Origin: Octopus sinensis
Taxonomy: Eukaryota
Reading direction: 5' to 3'
Length of the DNA: 64,000 nucleotides
NCBI RefSeq assembly: GCF_006345805.1
Contig: NC_043005.1
Span: forward strand, 53,754,001-53,818,000
Shown: one piece after another, positions 38,031 to 49,129 of the stretch
Layout: each line of letters opens with the position of its first letter
Numbering within the stretch: the stretch's first letter is position 1
The notes under the pieces: generated by a model
What the model was told of the DNA's origin: nothing
The model's database searches: none
What the model saw: the letters and a program-made list of their open reading frames with translations, nothing else
Program-made: the position numbers and the translations under genes

Positions 38031-38429
38031 CAAAATGAGCCCTACCGCCCCCCGGTGGACGTTGAGAGGGTCCAAGTGGGCGCTGGTGTCTAAGGGGTTG
38101 GTGAGGGGAGGGCGGTAGATAAAAAGGAAGCATTGGGAGGTAGACAGCGGATGGAAGGACGCTATGAATTTATGATATCATCATAGTATTGTATACAAAA
38201 TGTATAATATTATATTAAATCGTCAGCAACATTCAGACTCGAAATATAATATTTTGCTTTGGCAAAATTGAAAAAATTTGGTTGCCTTAATTGGACACCC
38301 TGGAGGCATGTTGGTGGAAGCAGGAAAAATACAACTAAAAGCAAAAACATGAGTATATGTGTATTTCTATTAATATTTTTTATTAATACTTCTGGTATGT
38401 ATATGTATATATTTATAAACATACATACT

Positions 38430-38621
38430 TATACATATATATACATACATATACATACATACACATACATACATACATACATATATACATATATATATAC
38501 ATGCATACATATATATACATACATACATATATACATACATGTATATACATATATATATACATACATACATACATACATACACATACATACATATATACAT
38601 ATATATATACACACATACATA

Positions 38622-38710
<89 letters not shown>

Positions 38711-39216
38711 GCATAATATAATGGAGAAATTATACAAAATGTATAAGTAAATGATGAGTAAAGCACCGGCACAGCTTTGATGACCTGTTGTTATCCGTAG
38801 ATTCATTGCAGGAAGTTCATAGTGGTGTTTGAGGTAACAGTATTGATAAGATAGATGGATGGAATGAGTAAAAGGTTTTATTACTTCAACACACGTTTCG
38901 AGCCGTTCTGGGTGTCTTCGGGTACATAAAGAAAAAAAATTAAAAAAGTCTCACTAGAGATTTTCTGATTCGTTTTACGTACTGCTATATGACCATTAAT
39001 TTTGGCAATGAGTAAAAAATCAGAGAAAAATTGAAACTCGAAAAATTCAAATATGAACGTGAAAATTATACATTCTAGTTTAGAGAAAATGACTTAATGA
39101 TCCATCGCTATTGTAACTGTTAGGAGAAAGAAAAGGAAGTAGAAGTTGAAAGGAAGATAATAGTTAGACGAAAAATTCTTTGTATTTGCGCCTAGACGCA
39201 TATATACATACACAGA

Positions 39217-39250
<34 letters not shown>

Positions 39251-39277
39251 CATATATATATACATGCATACATATAT

Positions 39278-39312
<35 letters not shown>

Positions 39313-39404
39313 CATATATATATACATACATACATACATATATATACATATATATACATACATACATATATATATACACACATACATACATATATATACA
39401 CACA

Positions 39405-39476
<72 letters not shown>

Positions 39477-39990
39477 GCATAATATAATGGAGAAATTATA
39501 CAAAATGTATAAGTAAATGATGAGTAAAGCACCGGCACAGCTTTGATGACCTGTTGTTATCCGTAGATTCATTGCAGGAAGTTCATAGTGGTGTTTGAGG
39601 TAACAGTATTGATAAGATAGATGGATGGAATGAGTAAAAGGTTTTATTTACTTCAACACACGTTTCGAGCCGTTCTGGGTGTCTTCGGGTACATAAAGAA
39701 AAAAAATTAAAAAAGTCTCACTAGAGATTTTCTGATTCGGTTTTACGTACTGCTATATGACCATTAATTTTGGCAATGAGTAAAAAATCAGAGAAAAATT
39801 GAAACTCGAAAAATTCAAATATGAACGTGAAAATTATACATTCTAGTTTAGAGAAAATGACTTAATGATCCATCGCTATTGTAACTGTTAGGAGAAAGAA
39901 AAGGAAGTAGAAGTTGAAAGGAAGATAATAGTTAGACGAAAAATTCTTTGTATTTGCGCCTAGACGCATATATACATACACAGATACATA
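38430..39990. repeat. Near-identical tandem duplication, period about 766 bp
   Basis: acctgcataatataatggagaa at 38707 and 39473; one visible indel (gattcgtttt / gattcggtttt). Confidence 0.95.
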
Positions 39991-40012
39991 CATACATACA
40001 TACATACATACA

Positions 40013-40044
<32 letters not shown>

Positions 40045-40169
40045 CGCAGCCATACATACGCGCTCACACACGCACATCCAAGTATATTGGTATATACATA
40101 CAACTAGATACACACGCATACGCACACGTATGGACGAATACATACATATATATCGGGGCATCAGCCGAT

Positions 40170-40560
40170 TTTTTCAAAAATTGATACTGTAACCACATCG
40201 CTATATATTCAAGTGTTTATAGTGCACTTGTATACGACATTCGTAGTCATACATTGGTTATCTAAAGGGCAACTGGATCTATCTCTGCATGAGTATAACG
40301 GTTTGATTTTGGTGGCTTACGTACATCGAGCACTGAAGGGATTAGTTCTTTTCTGTATTTTGGTTGTCAATATTATCATTTTATTGTCGCTAGGTGTTCT
40401 TAGTTCATTATTTAAATTGTTGGTGGTATTGTTTTATGGTTGGCTATCATGGATATCACAATTACTATTAGTAGAGGTAACAGAGTACCTCAACGTCCGT
40501 GAGTCATTCTGTTACTTTTACTAAATGTTAATAAAAATATGCATATACTGATATTTTGAG
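40170..40560 (-). mobile_element. Penelope-like element fragment (start of GIY-YIG endonuclease)
   Basis: 40292-40218 translates SCRDRSSCPLDNQCMTTNVVYKCTI, the CxCR..CPL..C..VVYKC motif that precedes the PLE GIY-YIG domain. Confidence 0.7.
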
Positions 40561-40590
40561 TTCTATTTTTCCTGTTTGCATCGACATACA

Positions 40591-40614
<24 letters not shown>

Positions 40615-40622
<8 letters not shown>

Positions 40623-40782
40623 ACAGGCTTCTTTCACTTTCCGTCCACTAAATCCACTCACAAGGCTTTGGTCAGCCCGAGGCTATAGTAGAAGGCACTT
40701 CCCCAAGGTGCAATGCAGTGAGACTGAACCCAGAACCATGTAATTAGGAAGCAAACTTGTTACCACACAGCCACACCTACAC
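40615..40782 (-). mobile_element. SINE family A 5' half
   Basis: Aligns to the family A head. Confidence 0.8.
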
Positions 40783-40869
40783 GTATTTTTTTCTTTTTAG
40801 AGAAGCAAAATGGTGTAGTGACCAGTTCGGAGATATAGATAATCTTTGGATATTACTGTTTCGAGTTCT

Positions 40870-41100
40870 AGAATTCGTGGGTCCGGTTATCCGATTTCCA
40901 TGAAGGTACAACTATCCGAGGTCACAACATTCTCCCCGAACAAGACGCCAGTTAGTCGCAGAGCTATCCATTTACAGTTGAGTGAACTAGAGCCATGTGA
41001 AATGAAGTGTTTTGCTCAAGAAGACAACGTACCTCCAAGCCCGGAAATCGAAACCATGATCTTGTAATCACGAGTGCAATACGGGTACAACATGAGTACA
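40870..41100 (-). mobile_element. SINE family E variant
   Basis: gtgaaatgaagtgttttgctcaagaa..ggaaatcgaaacc. Confidence 0.7.
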
Positions 41101-41116
41101 ACAAGATAATATATAG

Positions 41117-41289
41117 TAGGCGTAGGAGTGGCTGTATGGTAAGTAGCTTGCTTACCAGCCACATGGGTCCGGGTTCAGTCCCACTGCGTGGCACCTTGGG
41201 CAAGTGTTTTCTACTATAGCCTCAGGCCGACTAAAGCCTTGTGAGTGGATTTGGTAGATGGAAACTGAAAGAAGCCCGTCGTATATATG

Positions 41290-41326
<37 letters not shown>

Positions 41327-41525
41327 ATGTCTGTATGTTTGTGTGTCTGTGTTTGTGCCCCCAACATCACTTGACAACCGATGCTGTTGTGTTTAAGTCC
41401 CCGTAAGCTAGCGGTTCGGCAAAAGTACTAGGCTTCCAAAGAATAAGTCCTAGGGTCAATTTGCTCGACTAAAGGCGCTGCTCCAACATGGCCGCAGTCA
41501 AATGACTGAAACAATTAAAAGAGTA
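41117..41525 (+). mobile_element. SINE family A, full length
   Basis: Aligns with 11444-11850. Confidence 0.9.
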
Positions 41526-41999
41526 AACGACTACAGCGGTACAGTGAAGGTGAATCGTTTTAGCTCGACATGCTGAAATTTGAATTTCCATATGATCTTG
41601 TTATGGAAAAGACTTGCTTAAATTATTTACACTATTTTTTATTGAAATGCTTACAGATAAGCTTTTTACAGCATGATATTCTAAGAAAATTTTATATATT
41701 TTTTATTCCATCACATGTCACCTGTAAACCTGAGATGTGCCGCAGCTGACACACATGTCATAGATTCACCGTCACTGTATAATCCTATTACAAAATAGAA
41801 GTTAATATAATGATAAATAACTATGCTTCAAGTGGTTATCGTGATTTTTCCACGATGTAATTGCTCTGGTTTCACCTCAACTATCTGACATCAAGTCACT
41901 TGATAAACTACATATATAATTTAAGGAGAAAACTGTAAAGTGAAAGACCACGCCATATTGATCTTTAATTTCGTGTCAATAAGAAATCTTTTTATTTTT

Positions 42000-42358
42000 A
42001 TTTGTTGCTTGCTTCAGTCTCTGGGTTGTGGCCATGCTGGGGCACCACCTTGAAGGAATTTTATAGAACGAATAAATCGATCGCAATACTTACGTTTGTA
42101 ATCTCGGTACTTATTCCATCGATCTCTTTTTGCCGAATCGCTAGGCTACAGAGACATAAAAAAACAACAACGGTTGCCAAAAGGTGGTGGGGACAAACAC
42201 CCACATATAATGGGTTCCTTTCAGTTTCCTTATGACAGATCCAGTCCAAGACCTTGGTCGATCTCGGTTATAGTAAAAGACACTCGCGTGAGGTGCCACG
42301 CAGTGAGACTGAACCCGGAAACATATAGCTGGGGAGCAAACTTCTTACCCTACAGCCA
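42000..42358 (-). mobile_element. SINE family A, diverged
   Basis: gcttcagtc..ggccatgctgggg.. and gactgaacccggaaac. Confidence 0.75.
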
Positions 42359-42757
42359 CGTCAGCGACTTTCCAATCAGCAGATTTTGAAATTTGGGCTT
42401 GTTAATTCTGATAACAGAATAAATTTGGAAAGGTCAGTAGCGGTAATTCACAATATGTCAAATTGCATTTGTTTCTGGGACTTTGTCACTAGCGATATCA
42501 TAAAGACTGCACAGATAGCTCTTAAGTGCCGTCTTTGCATACTAGATTGTTTGTAACATACTTGCCTCTTTTGCCTTGGAAACTATTTTTATTTTGAAGT
42601 CAGGAAGTGAATGTTGTCGAGAAAGCTTTCTCATTGGGATAATGTTATCAAAACTTTTAAAATTTTGTTAAAAGAACCTATATAATAAACGTTTTACACA
42701 TAATTATACTTAGGAATCTTAGACAGTCTCTCTTTAATATTCTTCTGCTACAGTACG

Positions 42758-42902
42758 TACTAGCGTGGCTAGAGGTGGGGCGAAGGAGATGGTCCGCCTC
42801 ACGCAGCACTACTTTGGGCCCAGCTGTAGGCTATATGTATTTTAGGTGGAGGGCAAACTGAAGGGGCCGACCTGGGAAGCACACACTCTAGCAACACTAG
42901 TG
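42758..42902. mobile_element. hAT-like MITE
   Basis: TIRs tactagcgtggctagag / ctctagcaacactagtg; exact 8-bp TSD acagtacg at 42750-42757 and 42903-42910. Confidence 0.75.
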
Positions 42903-43736
42903 ACAGTACGACCAAGCTGGTAACACCTTAAACCTTAAAACCCTGTACTTCATCCTTTCTTTCAAATCAGAGAAAAGTGGAGACGGCTGGACTTGAGCTC
43001 ACTCTGTTAGTGAATTAAGTGCAGTCACTCTCCGTCTCACGGTGTTGAGGGTTCTAAAAAACAAATAACAGCAATATGTACAACTGAATTATAATATGTA
43101 CTTATCAGCCAATTACATTGCAGAAAGATAAAACATTTCGGCTAAAACAAATAGAAAAGAAATTTGGTGGAAGAATTTGACTAAGAGGAAGTTATAGTAT
43201 TTTTTAATAAATTATGGAGAAAAAACTCTAGATTTAATTTTACATAGTTAAGTATCGTTGTCAGATTTGATTGTAATATTTCTTATTTTCTTTCCTGCTA
43301 AACTAACCGCAAGACCAGCTGTAGCTATTTCGCAGACCTTCTCTCAGGTATTTAATTCTAGTCATTTTAAGAAGTATATTTATCCAAATATTCCCTTTTT
43401 TATACATGATTGGGCAACAGATCGCTTACTCTATGTATGCACACAACCAGCATCGTATATTTCAGAGAGAATATTAGAGTTGGTCGGATAGAATTTTAAT
43501 AACTTTCTAAGCTGCTTATTTATTAGTTGTTTCTTCTTATAGCGAGGAAGGTAACCATGTTGCCAGGAATGTATCGCGGAAAATATAAATAATAGTAATA
43601 ATGTGTCTATTATAGATCAAGATTTCGATTCCATCTCATGTGCTATGAATAATATTCACATTGTCATATAACTGATCATGTATTTGATATCATTCCAAAG
43701 GTACTCGGTCAATTGTCTAATAAATAAATATTGTCG

Positions 43737-43906
43737 ATAATAAGTATGTCTTCGATTTGTTCAATACTTTATCAGTCCATTACGTTAAGAAGTAACATTG
43801 GGCATATAACAGATTATGTTTTCGATTTCGTTCTGTTTGTTTGTCAGCTTATTGTCTTACGACACAAATGCTGAGTGTATAACAGATTTTGTCTTCGAAT
43901 TCGTTC
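43737..43906 (+). repeat. Degenerate tandem repeat, period about 70 bp, three units
   Basis: Core ataacagatt(a/t)tgt(c/t)ttcga(t/a)ttcgttc at 43806 and 43879, weaker at 43737. Confidence 0.6.
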
Positions 43907-44245
43907 CATAGTTATCATATTGCCTTTGTTAAATATCATACATAACTTTAGATAGTAATATCATTGTTTAATAAGCGAATACTTTCGTTAAAAGACCCGA
44001 TTGAATGTAATTTCATTAACAGAACTTGATCATGCGGCGTCCACAGGCGTCTAGCTGTACAGACTCTTCACGCGAAAACTTAAGGATTAGTCAAATAGCG
44101 GTTGAGGCAAACCGCTCCAACATAACTATACCCAACAACTACCATCACAGAAGAGGCAATTCCGTGACGTGCATCTGGGCGCATGACAACCAATATGCTT
44201 GTATGTGATTGATGCAATAATGCTGCATGACTAGAGAGTTACACA

Positions 44246-44280
<35 letters not shown>

Positions 44281-44699
44281 AAAACTTATGGAAATGGTTC
44301 TCCCCCATCCCCCGCCTCACAAAGAAAGTAAAAAAAATTCTACTTAACTCTTCTTGCATAAATATACGTTAAGATTGATCATTATCATGTTATGTTGTAC
44401 AAAATATGCATGTTCTATGCATTATTTTCGTGTTATATAAATATAATGGACTTATGGGATTTCACTGTCACTTTCAACGTAATTTCGTTTCTATGACTGA
44501 GGAGATTAAACTGCGTATTAATCACGTGAGTCTTTTTCTTTTTATAAATATTAAAAAAAAAGCTCAATACCGCATATTTCTTGGAGCGGTAAAAAAAATA
44601 GAAATAGTGGACGTTGTGGTGTTTAGTAACGTGAATTTACATTCTAATTTCAAACTTAGCAAGCTCAGCTTCGCTTTCCATACACATATATATGTTTAA

Positions 44700-44892
44700 A
44701 ATGTTTTGGCACATGGCCAGCAAGTTCTAGGAAGGGGATAAGTTGATGTAACCAATTCCAGTGCTCAACTGGTAATTGTTTTATCGACCCCGAAAGGGAA
44801 AGTCGACTTCGGCGGAATTTAAATTCACAACATAAGGACGAACGAAATGCTGCTAAGCATTTTGCCTGGTGTGCAAACGATTCCACCAGCTT
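44700..44892 (-). mobile_element. SINE family B
   Basis: tcgaccccgaaaggg..gtcgacttcggcggaatt. Confidence 0.85.
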
Positions 44893-44893
44893 A

Positions 44894-44980
<87 letters not shown>

Positions 44981-44989
44981 GTGTGTGTA

Positions 44990-45042
<53 letters not shown>

Positions 45043-46109
45043 CAAATACATTGTGGTTATCAAAATAAATGGAAACAAGAGAGAAATAGACTGATAGAGC
45101 AAGAACTGAATGCTTTGTGGCATTTAGTTAATTACTGAGTTATTACTGTGCAACAACGCTGACGATACTTTCCTTCCCTTTGGACCTGATAAGAATAGCT
45201 TTACCTTATACTCAGGAGAGAAGGGTCGATCCAATTCGTTTTAACATCCGAACAACATTTCTCGATATTATTTTTGACCTCATTCCAAAAATAGAAATGC
45301 ATAAAAAAAAAACACGAATATCTTTTTTTTTTTCTTTCTTTTATGGGAATTTAATTTCTCACATGAATATATCAAATTTCTCGTTCGAAGTTTGCCAGAG
45401 TTTAAAACCCTTAAAATATCTTCACTTTCACAGCTATACAACAGTTGACTCCTTGAATCTTTGAATCTCCCCAAAGAATACGCAATACATTCTCAATTAT
45501 AGGTTGTCTAAGCAAGAAATTGTTTTCCATGTAAATGTTTTTAATCCTGCAATTGACAATCCGTCACCTAGAACAGAGCAATGATGGAATTTCTCATGCA
45601 TATGATTGATATCCAGGAGCAAGTTTTGAATATTTTATCACTTTCTCAAGCATCTAGGCAATATTATTGACAGAACATTAGTTGATGGAGGTAGATTGGG
45701 TGTATACGATGTCTCTTGTGTATCATGTTTGCATTATCGAATTTTTTTAAGGCAACTGACATTGGTAGAAACTGCAGATCATAAATCTTAAAAGTTATTT
45801 ATTTTCTTCATAAATTTCTAATTTTTAACATATTACGCTCGTCGTTTACTTTACTGATATAAGTAGGACGATAGTTAAGAAACTGTATGTGTGCGTGTTT
45901 AAATTCACAACCCTATGTGCACCAGTGGAAGCGTTTAATCCAGTACAAACCTGTTGCACGGTCGGCTTGTCAGCGACTATCTATCAATAATACAGTGTCA
46001 TGGAAAATTCTGATTGGTCTCCGGTGCACTTTAAGATCACTACGAGGGAGGCATCGCATTCACTTTCATTAGAGCATGTCCATAGAAGATGGTCACTCTG
46101 TTAAATAAC

Positions 46110-46520
46110 CCATCGACATTCTTTTCTACTCTAGGCATAAGGCCCGAAATTTTTTACGCGGGAGGAGGCCAGTCGTTTAGATCGACCCCAGTACGCAACT
46201 GATCCTTAATTTATTGATCCCGAAAGGATGAAAGGCAAACTCGACCACAGTGGAATTTGAACTCGGAACGTAAAGACAGACGAAATACCTGTTTCTTTAC
46301 TGCCCGCAAGGGGCTAAACATAGAGGCGACAAACAAGGACAGACAAACGGATTAAGTCGATTACATCGATCCCAGTGCGTAACTGGTGCTTAATTTATCG
46401 ACCCCGAAAGGATGAAAGACAAAGTTGACCTCGGCGGAATTTGAACCAAGAACGTAGCGGCAGACGAAATACCGCTAAGTATTTCGCCGGCGTGGTAACG
46501 TTTCTGCCAGCTCACCGCCT
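46110..46520 (-). mobile_element. SINE family B dimer
   Basis: Two tandem gaccccgaaaggatgaaag..aatttgaac units. Confidence 0.88.
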
Positions 46521-46549
46521 TTTAACCAATCAATATTACTAAGACAGAT

Positions 46550-46730
46550 CAAAGCGGTTATTTGGCAGAATCGTTAGCACGCCGGAGAAAACGCATAGCA
46601 GCATTTCGTCCGTCATTACGTTTAAATACCGCCGAGATCAACTTTGCCTTTCATCCTTTCTGTGTCGCTAAAATAAGTACCAGTTGTGCATTAGGGAAAT
46701 TTCTGGCCTTGTGTCAAAATTTGAAATCAA
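46550..46730 (+). mobile_element. SINE family B
   Basis: ggcagaatcgttagcacgcc head; flanked by the imperfect direct repeat caatattact(a/g)agaca. Confidence 0.8.
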
Positions 46731-46736
46731 TATTAC

Positions 46737-46779
46737 TGAGACAAACATCTTTCTTCTGTAGCATGGCAGTTTCAGCCAT
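46737..46779 (-). CDS. Candidate first coding exon (MAETAMLQKKDVCL)
   Basis: caaaATGGCTG start context, donor TCA/gtaata, next to a promoter-like motif cluster; no homology recognised. Confidence 0.18.
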
Positions 46780-46881
46780 TTTGAAATAGGACTATAGCGA
46801 TTTCTAATATCGTCACTGTTGAAAGGCAAGGCAAGAAATGATCTTGTTTGAGGTTACAGCCATCTTTGGCCAACTAGTTCC

Positions 46882-47327
46882 TGTTGTAAACACTAACCTG
46901 ATTGGTTAACACGTGACGCGATTTGTCTCTACTTATTTCGCGCCACTGTCCCGAAATAACCAATCACGGCCTTTGGTTAAGATTGCGTTTTTGAGGCTCG
47001 TTTGAGCCAACCAACCGGTATATAAAGGAGTGTTTTCAGACACTTTTCGTCTTTTAGTTCCAGTTCTTCTAAGAACTAACTTTAGGCCACAGCGTTACTC
47101 AACCAAGCGATATACGATTGTTCCGGCTACTACCGGCTACGCTAATGTACACAATCATAGAAAGCCTACTATCTTCCCCGTCGCCACCATCATGTACCTT
47201 CTATGCCAGCCGCATTCTCCCTGATTGTCCTGCCACACACACGAACACACAGACACAGGACATGCGAACGCTTACAAACTCCTAACGTTGACACGATTGT
47301 GAAATAAATAATATTTATATCTCAACA
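46882..47327 (+). mobile_element. Putative solo LTR or promoter-like module
   Basis: TGTTG...CAACA termini, TATATAAAG at 47019, AATAAA at 47303; no matching TSD found. Confidence 0.45.
46900..47030. promoter_or_regulatory. Motif cluster: ATTGG 46901, CACGTG 46910, TTTCGCGCC (E2F-like) 46936, CCAAT 46960, TATA 47019
   Basis: Motifs read directly in a CpG-retaining context. Confidence 0.5.
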
Positions 47328-47544
47328 GCAAGACTTGTCGTCAATTCACTTATGTTCTATTGTTACTGCATGTATTTATGGCTTGTAATAATTCGTTAAG
47401 AGTAGAACCACGTGCGATCGTATTTTCTACATGATACAACCACATGTGATCCTATTACTTACACTTCTGTTCTGTAGCGAGACCAATTTCTATCATGGCA
47501 CATTGAAAATATTTGATTTATTAGGCTCCCCACGTTAGTCTGTG

Positions 47545-47640
47545 GTGATTGGTCACGTGAGTGTTTGGACATTTGTTGAGTGCTGTGTTGTGATTAGCCG
47601 AATGATGCGCGGGGATTGGATCGAAGGTCCAATCACGTTG
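47545..47640. promoter_or_regulatory. Second CCAAT/E-box cluster
   Basis: ATTGG 47548, CACGTG 47554, ATTGG 47615, CCAAT 47629. Confidence 0.4.
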
Positions 47641-48486
47641 CACGTAATATATTTCAAAAAGCTAATTCGTATGTGTTCTGGAGCTTTTTTTTTCCCCACA
47701 CATTGGTGGGATAAATTATTTACGACTCAGAGGGGTGAGATTTTTATCAGCAAGGCGTGTTATGCAGATCCTGCCATTTTCTCAGGAAAGTTAATATATA
47801 ACGGAGCCTATGTTACCAACAACGACACAAGCTGAATTATCGAAACGATGGATGAACACCTTCTAAATTTGTAATATTTCTTGCTTTGATCCACTGTACC
47901 ATTTTATGAAGAAATATAGTCCCACTGTTACTTTAAAGATGGTTTCTTTTGTTATTTCTATGAATGAACATGCACAATATATTGTATAATGATATACATG
48001 ATTCTTTAGTAAAATTAAGGGAGACTTCAGACCAACGTAAAAGTTCTTGGGCATTGACAACAAAAACCACCACGGATTTATTCATGCTTTGTTATCAAAG
48101 CAAATGTAAGACGGATATTGCCAATAATATATATTTTAATCGTTAGTATTGGTCATATTTGCTCAAAGCTGGCCAACCATAAATGTGTGTTAGCTAAGAT
48201 AACACACAAAGCATCCGCATCCCAAATTTAACACACGACTGTTGATATGGAAGCCTAAGGTAGAAAAAATATTTTTTTATGGTAGTCAAAAATGTTCTGC
48301 GTGACACATTCAACCAGTATCCGAAGTTTCAAAGTGTTTAGTTTTAAAAAATTAATTAAAAAATCTGTGCTCGAGATGAAAAAAAGATCCTAGTCTACGT
48401 AGATTCTACTACAGTAAAAGAGGCAATATGCAGAAACCATATGTACTTCATATCTTGATTGTCTGTGTGTGTGTGTGTCTATACAC

Positions 48487-48776
48487 GGTACTACTATCGT
48501 AGAGTGGTCCCGGTTTGCGCACACGCGCAGACGCGCGTCCGTGCTAGCCAGACGTAGGCAGTCGATCCTACGAGCTGACTGGCGCATGCACGATATATAC
48601 GATATATACTTATATCGTATATATACAAGTATATATCGTATACACGTATATATCGATACAAGTATATATCGTATATATCGTGCATGCGCCAGTCAGCTCG
48701 TAGGATCGACTGCCTACGTCTTGCTAGCGCGTCTGCGCGTGTGCGCAAACCGGGACCACTCTACGATACTAGTACC
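48487..48776. mobile_element. Foldback / Mutator-like MITE (near-complete palindrome)
   Basis: Arms start ggtacta(c/g)tatcgtagagtggtccc; exact 9-bp TSD tctatacac at 48478-48486 and 48777-48785. Confidence 0.88.
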
Positions 48777-49129
48777 TCTATACACATGTATGTAAGCATG
48801 TATGTATGGGTGGAGGCGGATAAATGTGTGTATTCATGGAGAATAATGAACAAAATAGAACGCGAAGTCATTCTAAATTTCACAAGGTTTAATAATGCTT
48901 GCTAAGAAAGAGATAGAACCTTGCCGGTTTCTCGAAAGAAGAGAGAAATATCTTTGTAAAAATCTAACAATAAAATCAAGCTTTTAAAGTAGTATTTAAA
49001 TGCATCGATATCGGATATATTTACACTCATTTTTGTATGTGAGGGATATTTGTCCATTGTAAATATTTAGCGAAGGAAAATTCTTTATCGTTTCGTCTGT
49101 AAGTAAAGTTCATGTGTTTGAAATGCATA

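Noticed and set aside
43737-43906. CRISPR-like repeat/spacer spacing
   Set aside because: Only three imperfect cores, the linkers are related to each other, there are no cas genes, and the context is eukaryotic.
45480-45800. Possible piggyBac transposase remnant (KNIYMENNF)
   Set aside because: One weak motif only, no TIRs, many stops.
47030-47285. Small protein-coding gene behind the TATA box (ORFs 47030-47224 and 47145-47285)
   Set aside because: Short and unrecognisable, lies within an LTR-like module, and is not a histone or other known TATA-driven short gene.
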